64,000 nucleotides of DNA. It comes from Spirochaetales bacterium. Lineage in GTDB: Bacteria > Spirochaetota > GWE2-31-10 > MWDO01. This document shows positions 37,530-47,546 of this stretch, in pieces (the first letter of the stretch is position 1; the number at the start of each line of letters is the position of its first letter). The stretch covers positions 411 to 64,410 of the forward strand of contig JAFYAI010000038.1 of the NCBI GenBank assembly GCA_017540815.1, written 5' to 3'. The translations under genes were made by a program, and so were the position numbers. The notes beneath the pieces were generated by a model. The model did no database searches, was not told the DNA's origin, and worked only from the letters and a program-made list of their open reading frames with translations.

Positions 37530-40500
37530 GTGATTAAAGAAAAAATTGAGCCCAATAAACATGTTTTTTTCAGCCTTCTCAAATATGCGGCATCTATCAG
37601 CGGCAGTTTTACAGAGAAACAGAAAGAAATAGTCAATCTATTTATTGGTCGGTATATCGGCAAAGATACAATAGACTTTAATGCAGTCAGTGCAGACAAT
37701 GTCGGTACATTGACCAAAGATGATGTGATTGTTAATCTGAAAAGTCTCGCCGATGAGCAGGCTGTATTCATAATGCTGTTTCAGATATTCCTGATATTCA
37801 GCAGTGACGGTCTAAGCGAATACGAGCAAACAACTCTTATGGAACTCGTTTCCTCTGTCGATCTGTCTATCGAGTCTATATATCTTTTTTTTGATATATT
37901 CATCAATAATAAAACAGATAATCACAATACTATACTGACCATTGGAGCTGACGGTCGGGCAGACATACTTATGCAGAAGTATAACTCTACCGGTGTGATA
38001 TTGAAATTCAGCGATGGTTATCTGACATTCTTTAGAGATCTGTCAGTCGGCAATGTCAATAATATGGTAATGCTTAATAAGAACCTTATCTATGATTGGA
38101 TGCTTTATGACATCTCTGAAGGTGATCGCCTTGAGCTGGACAATAAGCTGCTTACATCTTCTGATATTGAGGGGCGGTTTAATCTCAGGAACAGTCAGGA
38201 TATACTTACATACTGCATCAAGGAACTGCCTTCAAGCAGACAGTCTGCTCAGAAATACGAGGCAGTATGTACGGATAATTCGCAGGACGGCATTGCCAGA
38301 TTTATGATCGTTAATGGCAGAGTGTCTATAGATAAGATCGGGCAGAATCCTATCCTGTCAGTTTACAATGCAGGCAGCACTATGTCATATTCAATGTGCA
38401 GCCTTGATGATGTGCTCTATATCGATAAGAAGTATAAGATAGATCTTGCCAAGAATATAACCAATCTCTGCAATAAAAAACCTCTGACGATCGAGAATGT
38501 CAGATTTGATACGGTGCTTATCGGCACTGATCCGCAGAACAACATCGTTATTGACGGTGTAAAGTCTGCAGTGTCACTGCTGCTGCAGAAGAAGGAAGGT
38601 CCTCAGGGAGACAGTATCTGGGAGCTGCAGTCTGTATTTGACAATCCTGAAGTCCTGCTTAACGGGCATTCATTCAGCGGCAAAGCACATGTCCGCACAG
38701 GAGATGTGCTGCATATCGGTGCACATTATATATCATTCGACTCTGACAATAATCTTGTTTCTCATAATAAGAATGTAATCAGCAGTCTGCAGTTCAACAA
38801 TCTTACATATTATCACCGTAATAATAAGACAGAGCCTGCCCTGCGTAATCTTACATTCTCCAATAAGTCGGGTGATTTCTGCTGTGTGATGGGACCAAGC
38901 GGTGCCGGTAAGTCTACTTTCGTTAAAGTCTTGGCTAATATATTCAAGGCGGACAGTGATGATATGATCTACTGCAACGGACAGTCTCTGAATAAAAATT
39001 TCGATTTATTCAAAGAATATTTCTCCTATGTTGCACAGGAAGATGTTTTGTTTGACAATCTGACAGTCTATGAGAATCTGTTCCACTACGGCAAACTGAA
39101 ATGTCCCAACATCGATAATCAGACGCTTAACCGCAAGATTGAAGAGATACTTATTAAGATAGGTCTGAGTGAGCGAAAAAATCAGATAGTCGGCAGCCCT
39201 GATCGGCGAATACTTAGCGGTGGTGAACGCCGAAGGCTTAATATCGCATTGGAACTGATCGCTGATACGGATATAATGATACTTGACGAGCCGACATCAG
39301 GACTGTCCAGTTATGATTCGGATAAGATCATAGAGTTATTGTCAGATCTTGCGAAAGTCGGTAAGATCATATATGTCGTTATACATCAGCCGAGCCGTGA
39401 GATATATCTGAAGTTCTCTCATCTGCTGCTGCTTGACCGCGGCGGTTCGATGGCATATTTCGGATCGACTAAGGACTCGTTCTATTACTTCTCGCGATAC
39501 TCCGGCTCGAAATATCCGGCTAATCCTGATGACATTCTGTCTATACTGGAGGAAGTCCGCAAGACTCCTGACGGCAAGATCATCTATGAGACAAAGAGCA
39601 AGCACAGCCGTCCGCTGAGAGTTCATTCTCCGCAGCAGTGGGAGCATCTGTTCAGTGTATATCGTCAGACATACAGAGAGGAGAATGACGATACTGACAA
39701 GAAGAAGCTGCCTGATAAGATTAAGCTGACATTTAAAGATAAGTGGACGCAGTTCTATCATCTGCTTGCCCGTAATATGACTAATAAATTCCACGGCAAG
39801 AGATTCATGCTGATGTCTGTACTGATGCCGCTGTGTCTCGGTGGCATAGCATTGTTCCTGCGGGACTTCAGCGGAGCATACCATTTCCGTGATAATGATC
39901 AGATACCGAAGTTTTTATTTCTGACAGGCATTATTATAATATTCCTTGCAGTGAGCAACAGTATCAATGACATTCTGAACGAAAAATATGTCATACGCAA
40001 AGAGCGGCTTATCGGTTATTCGGCTGTCGTCTATTTCCTCAGCAAACTTATTGCTCAGACTATAATCAGCATATATCAGATATTGATTTATCAGACTGTT
40101 TCATTCGTGATATTAGGATTCCCGATTTTGACGGACATAGTGTTTTTCCTGAGAATGTACCTGTTTACTTTGGTATCGTCTGTGTCTGTTATAACTATTG
40201 CACTTATGCTGTCCGCATTTATCGGAACAGAGAAGCAGGCATTTATGATTATCCCGATATTCATTATTCCGCAGATTGTATTTGGAGGAATGTTTATCAA
40301 CTATAATGAGATTTCATTCAAATTGACTCCGGGCAGGCCTGTGTCTGAGATCTGCGATGTGATGCACGCACGGTGGATGTTTGAGAGTTATATCGCACTT
40401 ATGCAGACACATGAAGTGAACAATACCGGTGTTAATGATTTCTTCGTCGATTATAATCTCGTATCTGATAAGACAGGCGGCAAGTCAGGCACAAAGTATT

Positions 40501-40742
40501 CGACACCGGCTTCTGTTGTATTCACAAGGCGGGTGAATATGATGAGCGATCCTAAGACACGATCGCAGTATTTGAAACAGAATCATAACTATGCTATGGG
40601 CAATGTCAATATCTTCCCATCGGTTAATAAACTCTTCTATGCAGCGGTTATCCCGACATACTACTATAATATGCTCGTGATGATCCTGTTTATGTTTATA
40701 TGTTCTGTGATTGCCGTTATAAGAGTGAAGAAAGAAAAATAG
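37530..40742 (+). CDS. fusion ABC transporter: TerB-like N-domain, FHA-like region(s), ABC ATPase, ABC-2/ABCG-type permease
   Basis: GTG start. FHA-like TVLIGTDPQNNIVIDG...LLNGHSF...GDVLHIGAHYISF. Walker A GPSGAGKST, signature LSGGERRRL, Walker B ILDEPTSGLSS. Six C-terminal TM segments. Confidence 0.8.
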   Translation: MIKEKIEPNKHVFFSLLKYAASISGSFTEKQKEIVNLFIGRYIGKDTIDFNAVSADNVGTLTKDDVIVNLKSLADEQAVFIMLFQIFLIFSSDGLSEYEQTTLMELVSSVDLSIESIYLFFDIFINNKTDNHNTILTIGADGRADILMQKYNSTGVILKFSDGYLTFFRDLSVGNVNNMVMLNKNLIYDWMLYDISEGDRLELDNKLLTSSDIEGRFNLRNSQDILTYCIKELPSSRQSAQKYEAVCTDNSQDGIARFMIVNGRVSIDKIGQNPILSVYNAGSTMSYSMCSLDDVLYIDKKYKIDLAKNITNLCNKKPLTIENVRFDTVLIGTDPQNNIVIDGVKSAVSLLLQKKEGPQGDSIWELQSVFDNPEVLLNGHSFSGKAHVRTGDVLHIGAHYISFDSDNNLVSHNKNVISSLQFNNLTYYHRNNKTEPALRNLTFSNKSGDFCCVMGPSGAGKSTFVKVLANIFKADSDDMIYCNGQSLNKNFDLFKEYFSYVAQEDVLFDNLTVYENLFHYGKLKCPNIDNQTLNRKIEEILIKIGLSERKNQIVGSPDRRILSGGERRRLNIALELIADTDIMILDEPTSGLSSYDSDKIIELLSDLAKVGKIIYVVIHQPSREIYLKFSHLLLLDRGGSMAYFGSTKDSFYYFSRYSGSKYPANPDDILSILEEVRKTPDGKIIYETKSKHSRPLRVHSPQQWEHLFSVYRQTYREENDDTDKKKLPDKIKLTFKDKWTQFYHLLARNMTNKFHGKRFMLMSVLMPLCLGGIALFLRDFSGAYHFRDNDQIPKFLFLTGIIIIFLAVSNSINDILNEKYVIRKERLIGYSAVVYFLSKLIAQTIISIYQILIYQTVSFVILGFPILTDIVFFLRMYLFTLVSSVSVITIALMLSAFIGTEKQAFMIIPIFIIPQIVFGGMFINYNEISFKLTPGRPVSEICDVMHARWMFESYIALMQTHEVNNTGVNDFFVDYNLVSDKTGGKSGTKYSTPASVVFTRRVNMMSDPKTRSQYLKQNHNYAMGNVNIFPSVNKLFYAAVIPTYYYNMLVMILFMFICSVIAVIRVKKEK

Positions 40743-40775
40743 TTTGGATAGAATTATGAAACAAAAAAATAAGCA

Positions 40776-41285
40776 TTATTCTGCCGTAGGCAGAATAATG
40801 CTTATTTTGTGCCATATATCATCTGAAAAAAGTATCCCGGTGCCGCCACACTCCTGCCAGTTTTTAATATTGTCATCAAAGTCATCGATGAGTATGCAGC
40901 CTGCTCCGTCACAGAACAAAGGCTTATCCTTGCGAAGAACCGTGTGAACAGGTATATCACCGTTGATGTTTCGTCTGATCCAGCGGACTTTGTCCTCGGC
41001 AGCGGTAACTATGCCTCGCGACGGACGGGGAATGCCGGTGAGTATCTCGCATTTGTTCGGAAATCGGCTGTAAACATAATCAAATACCCGTTTGCCTTCT
41101 TCGATAATGTCGAGTTTGTCATAAAAATGACCGACATTCTTTACGGCTGCCCAAAGCTGCTCATCATATCCGATAGGATACGATGTACTCTGTGGCAACG
41201 GTGTCATACCGCATAATGTCCGCACACCTTTGTCGAAGTCAGCCAATACACCGTCAATGTCGAAGTATATCTTGTCTATAATCAT
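40776..41285 (-). CDS. HAD-family 5'(3')-deoxyribonucleotidase-like protein
   Basis: IYFDIDGVLADFD (DxDGVLxD nucleophile motif) and a size typical of the NT5C family. Confidence 0.6.
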   Translation of the reverse strand: MIIDKIYFDIDGVLADFDKGVRTLCGMTPLPQSTSYPIGYDEQLWAAVKNVGHFYDKLDIIEEGKRVFDYVYSRFPNKCEILTGIPRPSRGIVTAAEDKVRWIRRNINGDIPVHTVLRKDKPLFCDGAGCILIDDFDDNIKNWQECGGTGILFSDDIWHKISIILPTAE

Positions 41286-41438
41286 AATAAAAAATCCTAC
41301 TCTATTACTTCATTTTTGTCAAATATAATTTTATCAAAATATTGCAAAAAATCAAATTTTGCAAAAACAGTTTGACAAGAAACAATAAAACAATTAAGAT
41401 ATAAGATAAGCATACTTTTTATCGGGATTGTTTTATTC

Positions 41439-41834
41439 ATGACTGAAGAATTATTACGCACAGACACTATTACGACCGAAGCGGATAATCGCAGGAATTC
41501 AGGAGCATCTCTGCTGTCAGGGCGGGGGATCTTAGTTGTGTTCTCATCGGATTTTATCGGCAAGGCTTTCGTTGTGGACAAGGCGGTGATGGTGATAGGG
41601 CGTTCCGATAAGTGTGACATTGTGCTGGCTGCTCCTCTTATCAGCAAGGAGCACTGCCGCATCACAGTCGATGACAATCTCAAATTTCGCTTGGAAGACT
41701 TGGGTTCGACGAATGCGACATTTGTCAACGGCAGGATGGTCAAGAAACCTGTGTCGCTGAATTACGGTGATAAAATATTGATCGGCGAAACGGTTATGAG
41801 GTTTTTTATTGAAGAGAATACAGTTAGGAAATAA
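41439..41834 (+). CDS. stand-alone FHA-domain protein
   Basis: VMVIGRSDKCDIVLAAPLISKEHCRI...LEDLGSTNATFVNG...GDKILIG is a canonical FHA signature. Confidence 0.8.
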   Translation: MTEELLRTDTITTEADNRRNSGASLLSGRGILVVFSSDFIGKAFVVDKAVMVIGRSDKCDIVLAAPLISKEHCRITVDDNLKFRLEDLGSTNATFVNGRMVKKPVSLNYGDKILIGETVMRFFIEENTVRK

Positions 41835-41906
41835 ATAATTGATGCTGCAAATGAGTTTCAGCATAACATAAATCAGATAAATTTTATTTTTACAAGGAAG
41901 GACATA

Positions 41907-43472
41907 ATGAGCAATAAACAGGAAAAATGCAGCGGCATCTTAATGCACCCTACATCGTTCCCCGGTAAGTATGGCTGTGGTGATTTGGGTAAGGGTGCTT
42001 ATCAGATGATCGATCTGCTGAAGAAATACGGACAGAAGATATTACAGATCCTGCCGCTTAATCCGACAGGATACGGTGACTCGCCGTACTCGTCATTCTC
42101 CGCTTTTGCCGGAACTCCGTATATTATAAGTTTCGACATATTGGCGGACAAGGGCTATCTGACCAAAGATGACCTTAAGCTCTATCCGAAAGAACTTAAC
42201 AATGGCAATGTCAACTACGGCTGGATGTATATCGAGAACTTCAAGATGCTCAGACGGGCATTTGAGAATTTCAAAAAAATGCCAAAGCCTGCGACTTATG
42301 ATAAATTCTGCGAAGAAAACGGCTATTGGCTTAATGACTACGCATTGTTTATGGCCATCAAGGACAGCAAGGGTGGTCAGAGCTGGGATCTGTGGGAGCC
42401 TGAGCTGCGTCTGCGAAAGGATCTGACTAAACTGTCCGACAAGATCAAAGATGATGCGGAGTTCTATAAGTTCCTGCAGTTTGAGTTCGACGATCAGTGG
42501 ATGAAGTTCCGCAAATATGCTAATGACAACGGCATCCGCATCATAGGTGATGCTCCGATCTTCGTAGCGTATGACTCTGCAGATGTGTGGTCTAATCAGG
42601 AATTGTTTAAGCTCGATCCGGAAGGCAAACCGTCTGTCGTAACGGGTGTGCCGCCTGACTATTTCTCTGCAACAGGACAGCTGTGGGGCAGTCCGCATTA
42701 CAACTGGGATAAGATGAAACAGACTGACTTTGCCTGGTGGAAGAAGCGTCTCAAGCATTTGCTGCGACAGGTAGACACTATCCGTATTGATCATTTCAGA
42801 GGATTTGAGGCTGCGTGGGAAGTTAAATTCGGCTCTGAGAATGCGATTAACGGTCAGTGGGTCAAAGCTCCCGGTATGGAGCTGTTTGAGAGTATTAAGA
42901 AAGAACTTGGCGAAGATAAACTTAAAACTTCGATTATCGCCGAGGACTTAGGCATTATTACCAAAGAGGTTCGGAAACTGAGGGATGCATTTGACTTCCC
43001 GGGTATGCGTATCTTTGAGTTTGCTCCGTTTGCTAAGGGCAAGTTCACGGATGATGACGGAGTTGTCCACGATAACAGCGAAGCTCCCTATCTGCCTGAG
43101 AATTATGTATATAACTCGGTTGCATATCCCGGCACACATGACAATGATGTTATCCACGGCTGGTTCTTTGCGATGAATGGCATTCAGCAGCGACAGGTAT
43201 TGGATTATCTGGGGATTGCCGAGAATGTGGCATGGAAACCGTCGTGCAACGAACTGACACTCAAGATCGAAGAAAAACTTATGAAATCCGATGCTAAATG
43301 GACAATATTTATGATACAGGATGTAATGGGGCTGACTTCGGAGACTAAGATCAACACTCCGGGAACATGCGGTATCCACAACTGGTCATGGCGTGTGACG
43401 GATAAACTGCTCAAAGAACATACTGCTGACTTTGAGAAACTTGCCGAGCTGACGAAAGCAAGCGGAAGATAA
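41907..43472 (+). CDS. malQ: 4-alpha-glucanotransferase (amylomaltase)
   Basis: [45 protein letters not shown]. Confidence 0.9.
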   Translation: MSNKQEKCSGILMHPTSFPGKYGCGDLGKGAYQMIDLLKKYGQKILQILPLNPTGYGDSPYSSFSAFAGTPYIISFDILADKGYLTKDDLKLYPKELNNGNVNYGWMYIENFKMLRRAFENFKKMPKPATYDKFCEENGYWLNDYALFMAIKDSKGGQSWDLWEPELRLRKDLTKLSDKIKDDAEFYKFLQFEFDDQWMKFRKYANDNGIRIIGDAPIFVAYDSADVWSNQELFKLDPEGKPSVVTGVPPDYFSATGQLWGSPHYNWDKMKQTDFAWWKKRLKHLLRQVDTIRIDHFRGFEAAWEVKFGSENAINGQWVKAPGMELFESIKKELGEDKLKTSIIAEDLGIITKEVRKLRDAFDFPGMRIFEFAPFAKGKFTDDDGVVHDNSEAPYLPENYVYNSVAYPGTHDNDVIHGWFFAMNGIQQRQVLDYLGIAENVAWKPSCNELTLKIEEKLMKSDAKWTIFMIQDVMGLTSETKINTPGTCGIHNWSWRVTDKLLKEHTADFEKLAELTKASGR

Positions 43473-43486
43473 TCGGGAGTTGCATA

Positions 43487-43678
43487 ATGGAAAAAAAACT
43501 TTGCAGAAGCAGTACCGACAAAAAACTCTTCGGAGTCTGCGGCGGATTGGCCGAATATTTTGGGATGGACTCGACTGTTATGCGTGTGATTTGGGTACTT
43601 GTCACGCTGTTGACAGGTATCGGGCTGTCACTGATCGTTGTATATCTGATCATGGGGCTTGTGATGCCTGAGAATTAA
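43487..43678 (+). CDS. PspC-domain membrane protein
   Basis: [26 protein letters not shown] followed by one TM segment. Confidence 0.8.
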   Translation: MEKKLCRSSTDKKLFGVCGGLAEYFGMDSTVMRVIWVLVTLLTGIGLSLIVVYLIMGLVMPEN

Positions 43679-43721
43679 TATAAAATCTCAATTCGATTTA
43701 TTGTATTTAACGGCATTTATG

Positions 43722-43767
43722 AAAGAACACAGATCTTTTTGAAGATAATCTGTGTTCTTTTATTTTT
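43722..43767 (+). terminator. intrinsic terminator after the pspC-domain gene
   Basis: aaagaacacagat ... atctgtgttcttt gives 13-bp arms, followed by tattttt. Confidence 0.65.
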
Positions 43768-43802
43768 CATAATTATTCTGGTAATTTATATATTATTACA
43801 AT

Positions 43803-44024
43803 ATGAATATATTTACGAGGATTATTATGAATAGAATGATAAAAATATTCATCGGTATATTATGCTTTATCACATTTTTCTCATACAACAATAATGACAA
43901 TATTTCGACAGCACAGATCAATGGTGCAACAACTACTACCATTGACGATGACCTGTCCTCCGCGGATGCCGATGTGCAGCAGGCTCAAGGACGAACAGCC
44001 TGTGCAGATGATTATAATAAATGA
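43803..44024 (+). CDS. possible small secreted protein
   Basis: Hydrophobic N-terminus (IKIFIGILCFITFF). Short, AT-rich, no family recognised. Weak call. Confidence 0.25.
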   Translation: MNIFTRIIMNRMIKIFIGILCFITFFSYNNNDNISTAQINGATTTTIDDDLSSADADVQQAQGRTACADDYNK

Positions 44025-44072
44025 TCTTCTGTAAATCATATTAAGTCGAATCGCAATTACGCCGAATGATTA

Positions 44073-45137
44073 ATGTCGGATAAACTGATAAAGTCAAATA
44101 TCATAACAATAGTCGGAGTAAGTATGCCGAAAAAAAAGTCAGAAACAGAGCCGTATATCAAAACCGTCTTGGAGCAGTGCACGGAAGAGGTGCTGTCTGC
44201 GGCAGAGACACAGAATACTCAAAATAATGAGATGTATATCAGACTTGCCAAAGCAGCAGAGTCTGATGGATCTATGTCTGATATAGAGTATCAGATCAAG
44301 GCACAGTCAGCATCTTTGTCCCGCAGTGTCATCAATCTGCAGACTGCCGCTGCCAAAGTATCAGTGATGACGGATGAGATGAGAGCCAGGCTTCATGATG
44401 TGAATGCACGGCAGAAACGCAGATTTCTTAAAAATACGGTCATATCCAATACTCAGATTGACTATGAGGAAGAGCGTCAGGATTACTTCGCAAAAGGCAA
44501 TAATATATATAAACTTATACTGGTGCTGATAATATCGAGTTTTGTCGGGGTCATTGTCGAAACCGGCTGGTGTTTCCTCAAGCACGGATATATAGAAAGC
44601 CGTGTCGGACTTGTTTACGGACCGTTTAATCTTGTATACGGGCTGGGCGGACTGGTGCTGACAGCTATGCTTTATCGTTTCCGCAATCACGGATCGTGGC
44701 TGTCGTTCCTGGGCGGGCTTGTCGTGGGCAGCGGCATAGAATATCTGTGTTCATTTGTGCAGGAGAAAGTATTCGGCTCTACATCATGGGACTACAGCAG
44801 TATGCCTCTCAATATCAACGGCAGGATCTGCCTGCTGTACTCCGTATTTTGGGGACTGCTCGGTGCATGGTGGATAAAGCGGATATATCCTTTTATCGCT
44901 AAGCAGCTGCTTAAGATACCCAATAATATCGGCAGGATTGTCACGATTGCATTGGCTGTATTCCTGATACTCGATGCAGGTATATCCGGGGCTGCCGTCT
45001 ATCGCTGGTCTGAGCGAACGAAAGGTATCGCTGCACATAACAGTATAGAGCGTGTATTGGATGCGAGATTCACAGACAGGCGTATGAAATGGATCTTTCC
45101 TAATCTGGTATTTTCAGAGAATGAACATGCTGAATAA
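44073..45137 (+). CDS. membrane protein with 'putative ABC-transporter type IV' (DUF1113-like) C-terminal domain
   Basis: GVIVETGWCFLKHGYIESRVGLVYGPFNLVYGLG and STSWDYS are typical of that family. About 150 aa of soluble N-terminal extension. Confidence 0.6.
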   Translation: MSDKLIKSNIITIVGVSMPKKKSETEPYIKTVLEQCTEEVLSAAETQNTQNNEMYIRLAKAAESDGSMSDIEYQIKAQSASLSRSVINLQTAAAKVSVMTDEMRARLHDVNARQKRRFLKNTVISNTQIDYEEERQDYFAKGNNIYKLILVLIISSFVGVIVETGWCFLKHGYIESRVGLVYGPFNLVYGLGGLVLTAMLYRFRNHGSWLSFLGGLVVGSGIEYLCSFVQEKVFGSTSWDYSSMPLNINGRICLLYSVFWGLLGAWWIKRIYPFIAKQLLKIPNNIGRIVTIALAVFLILDAGISGAAVYRWSERTKGIAAHNSIERVLDARFTDRRMKWIFPNLVFSENEHAE

Positions 45138-45277
45138 AGAAGGATGCAGGGCGAAGTTCAGCATGACCGTGACTTTTTCAGTGACTTCCATAAAGAAAAC
45201 TGTTTTTTCTAATACAAAATTTAAATTTTATAACCCTGTCTGTCGAAATTCTTAAAAGCATACTGTTTTTTGGAGCA

Positions 45278-46072
45278 ATGAATTTGGCAGAAACAACATT
45301 ATGGGAGACAAAAACCGATAAATATCAGGTGCAGGTCGGCGAGTTTGATGGCCCGCTTGATCTGCTGCTGCAGATGGTTAAGTCTTCCGAGATAAATATA
45401 TATGATATAAGCATTTCTGAGATTACAGCGAAGTATTTGGAGTATCTGCATACACTTATCACTATGGATCTGGATAATATCTCCGAGTTCGTTGAGATGG
45501 CGGCTACCCTTGTATATATCAAATCCAAGACAATGCTGCCTGTCGAAGTTGTCTATGAAGAAGATGAGGAAGATCCGCGTGAGAAACTCATCGAGCGGCT
45601 GCTGGAGTATCAGAAATATAAGATCGCTGCCAAACAGTTTGAAGATGCCGATGATGAGATAGTGCCGATCGTCCGCAAAAAAGATGACCTTATGCTGTTT
45701 AATGCCAATGAAGACAAAGACTCCAACTGGAAGGATCTGTCGGTGCTTGATCTGATAACTGCTTTTGCACAGGTGCTCAATACTAAATCCAAAGAAGAAC
45801 ACCAAATGCAGATCGGTAAGATGGAATACTCCGTCGAAGATAAGATCAATGTTATATTTAATAAACTTGAAACAACAGACCGGTTTAATTTCTTCGAGTT
45901 TATTGACAGCAGTATGCCAAAACAGGAAGTTATATGTTCATTCCTTGCATTGTTGGAGCTGGTTAAGCAGGGGGCGATCTCGCTAAGGCAGCATGTTATC
46001 TTCGGAGATATACAGATCTTTAAGCGGGAAGATTATGTCCGCAAAGAGGATGAAGACAGTATAAATGTATAA
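45278..46072 (+). CDS. scpA: segregation and condensation protein A
   Basis: FDGPLDLLLQMVKSSEINIYDISISEITAKYLEYL and the C-terminal FLALLELVKQG. Confidence 0.85.
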   Translation: MNLAETTLWETKTDKYQVQVGEFDGPLDLLLQMVKSSEINIYDISISEITAKYLEYLHTLITMDLDNISEFVEMAATLVYIKSKTMLPVEVVYEEDEEDPREKLIERLLEYQKYKIAAKQFEDADDEIVPIVRKKDDLMLFNANEDKDSNWKDLSVLDLITAFAQVLNTKSKEEHQMQIGKMEYSVEDKINVIFNKLETTDRFNFFEFIDSSMPKQEVICSFLALLELVKQGAISLRQHVIFGDIQIFKREDYVRKEDEDSINV

Positions 46073-46084
46073 TGATAAAAAAGG

Positions 46085-46114
46085 AATAAGATTTTTCGAC
46101 AGAAAAATCTTATT
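46085..46114. terminator. bidirectional hairpin between convergent scpA and plsC
   Basis: aataagattttt-cgacag-aaaaatcttatt, followed by TTTT. Confidence 0.6.
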
Positions 46115-46844
46115 TTTTCGTTATCTCTTCATAAGTCTGTTCTACTTTACCCCAGCAAGCTGCAGCGAATGATTCATCGTCTGAGTAATCGGCAGGATTC
46201 ATCGGCGGGTTGTATTTGATAGTGACTTTGCGGAAAAATCTGAAATACGGTCTGCCTTTCTGAACTATATCGCGTGTGCCGTTAAGTGCTGCGGGAACTA
46301 CAGGGATCTTCATCTTATATGCCAGTTTAACCAATGACAGGTTAGGTTTAAGCAGACTGCCATCGCGGCTGCGTGTTCCTTCAGGGAACAGGCATACAGA
46401 TACACCGTCTTTGAATGTCTTCATCATCAGCTTGACAATACCCAATCTGGAGCTTTGTGTCTCCCGGTCAAATAGGATGCCGCCGGCATAGATGACGAGC
46501 AGTCCTACGAGCGGGATATTCTTGACTTGAGACTTAGCGAGCGATGATGCAGGTGTAATATGACCGAATGTAGTGGCATCTATCCACGACTGATGGTTGC
46601 ATATATATATCGTCGTGCGGTTGCGGTCGAGGTACTCTTTGCCGCTGACTTTGAGCCGCATGAAGTAAACCAATGTATTGACAGTCCAACACCACGGAAC
46701 GATCAGCACATAACGAGCCACGCGGTTACGATACTTGATTGGCACGAAGATAAGCCAGAAATCAATAATAACAAATACCACAGACAGCAGCAAAATCTCA
46801 ACCGCTGCTACGATAGACCAGATAAAATCGAATATTTTAAACAT
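46110..46844 (-). CDS. plsC: 1-acyl-sn-glycerol-3-phosphate acyltransferase
   Basis: NHQSWIDA (HX4D), FPEGTRS, N-terminal TM segments. Confidence 0.85.
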   Translation of the reverse strand: MFKIFDFIWSIVAAVEILLLSVVFVIIDFWLIFVPIKYRNRVARYVLIVPWCWTVNTLVYFMRLKVSGKEYLDRNRTTIYICNHQSWIDATTFGHITPASSLAKSQVKNIPLVGLLVIYAGGILFDRETQSSRLGIVKLMMKTFKDGVSVCLFPEGTRSRDGSLLKPNLSLVKLAYKMKIPVVPAALNGTRDIVQKGRPYFRFFRKVTIKYNPPMNPADYSDDESFAAACWGKVEQTYEEITKK

Positions 46845-46851
46845 AATTTAT

Positions 46852-47247
46852 TTATTTATTATATTTCTTAATACAATAACTAACAGAATCAAGTAATTCA
46901 TCGACTTGGAACGGCTTCGGAAGAAGTTTCTCAATGCCTGACTCAGTCATCAGCAGAAATTGTGTGTTTTCAGCACCCGGATGAGCTGTCAGGATGATAG
47001 CAGGCGGGATCCTGTCTTCTTTACCTTCAGCTGCTAGAGTAACTTTAAGCGAAGTATATAACTCGTGACCTGTTGCTTTGGGCATCATCATATCGAGGAT
47101 AATGAGACTGACATTGCATGTGCGGCAGATCTCGATGATCTCTTCACCTCCGTCAGATATGAGGACTTTATATCCGTTTAGTTCCAATATGTCTTTAAGC
47201 AAAGTCTGAATATTTACTTCATCATCTACCACTAAAACAGTTTTCAT
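46852..47247 (-). CDS. single-domain response regulator (CheY-like receiver)
   Basis: VLVVDDE, LIILDMMMP (phospho-acceptor Asp), ILTAH, LPKPF. No output domain. Confidence 0.85.
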   Translation of the reverse strand: MKTVLVVDDEVNIQTLLKDILELNGYKVLISDGGEEIIEICRTCNVSLIILDMMMPKATGHELYTSLKVTLAAEGKEDRIPPAIILTAHPGAENTQFLLMTESGIEKLLPKPFQVDELLDSVSYCIKKYNK

Positions 47248-47426
47248 GAATACTCCTGTTAAATCTTTTGAAGAGTTTTTATTAATACATCATTTTATCT
47301 TATTATATCCTATCTTGCAATTTTTTTCAATAACAATTTGAAAAAATTAAATTTTTATAAAATGTTATCGATAAATGAAATATAGTGACAGTAGTAATAT
47401 CGTCTGCTGCCCAAGGAGTATTGTTT

Positions 47427-47488
47427 AAAACCGGCTGAAAAAATCTTCATTTTTTTTCAAAAAAATGAAGATTTTTTCAGCCGGTTTT
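47427..47488. repeat. 62-nt perfect palindrome (30-nt arms) in a divergent intergenic region
   Basis: aaaaccggctgaaaaaatcttcattttttt-tc-aaaaaaatgaagattttttcagccggtttt. Read directly from the sequence. Confidence 0.85.
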
Positions 47489-47546
47489 TCATTTTATGCG
47501 TTATATATAGGGGGTGTAAGTTTTCTATAAGCAGGAGTATCAAAAA

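Noticed and set aside
42093-42794. 233-aa minus-strand ORF opposite malQ. Similar antisense ORFs occur at 47556-48263 (opposite PLD), 34294-34872 and 35693-36262 (opposite RNB), 29097-29561 and 29777-30298, 2267-2713, 5864-6361, 39342-39884, 45299-45805, 55015-55506, 58713-59201, 59406-59903 and 61346-61912
   Set aside because: Each lies entirely within a stronger, motif-bearing gene on the other strand. None shows a recognisable domain.
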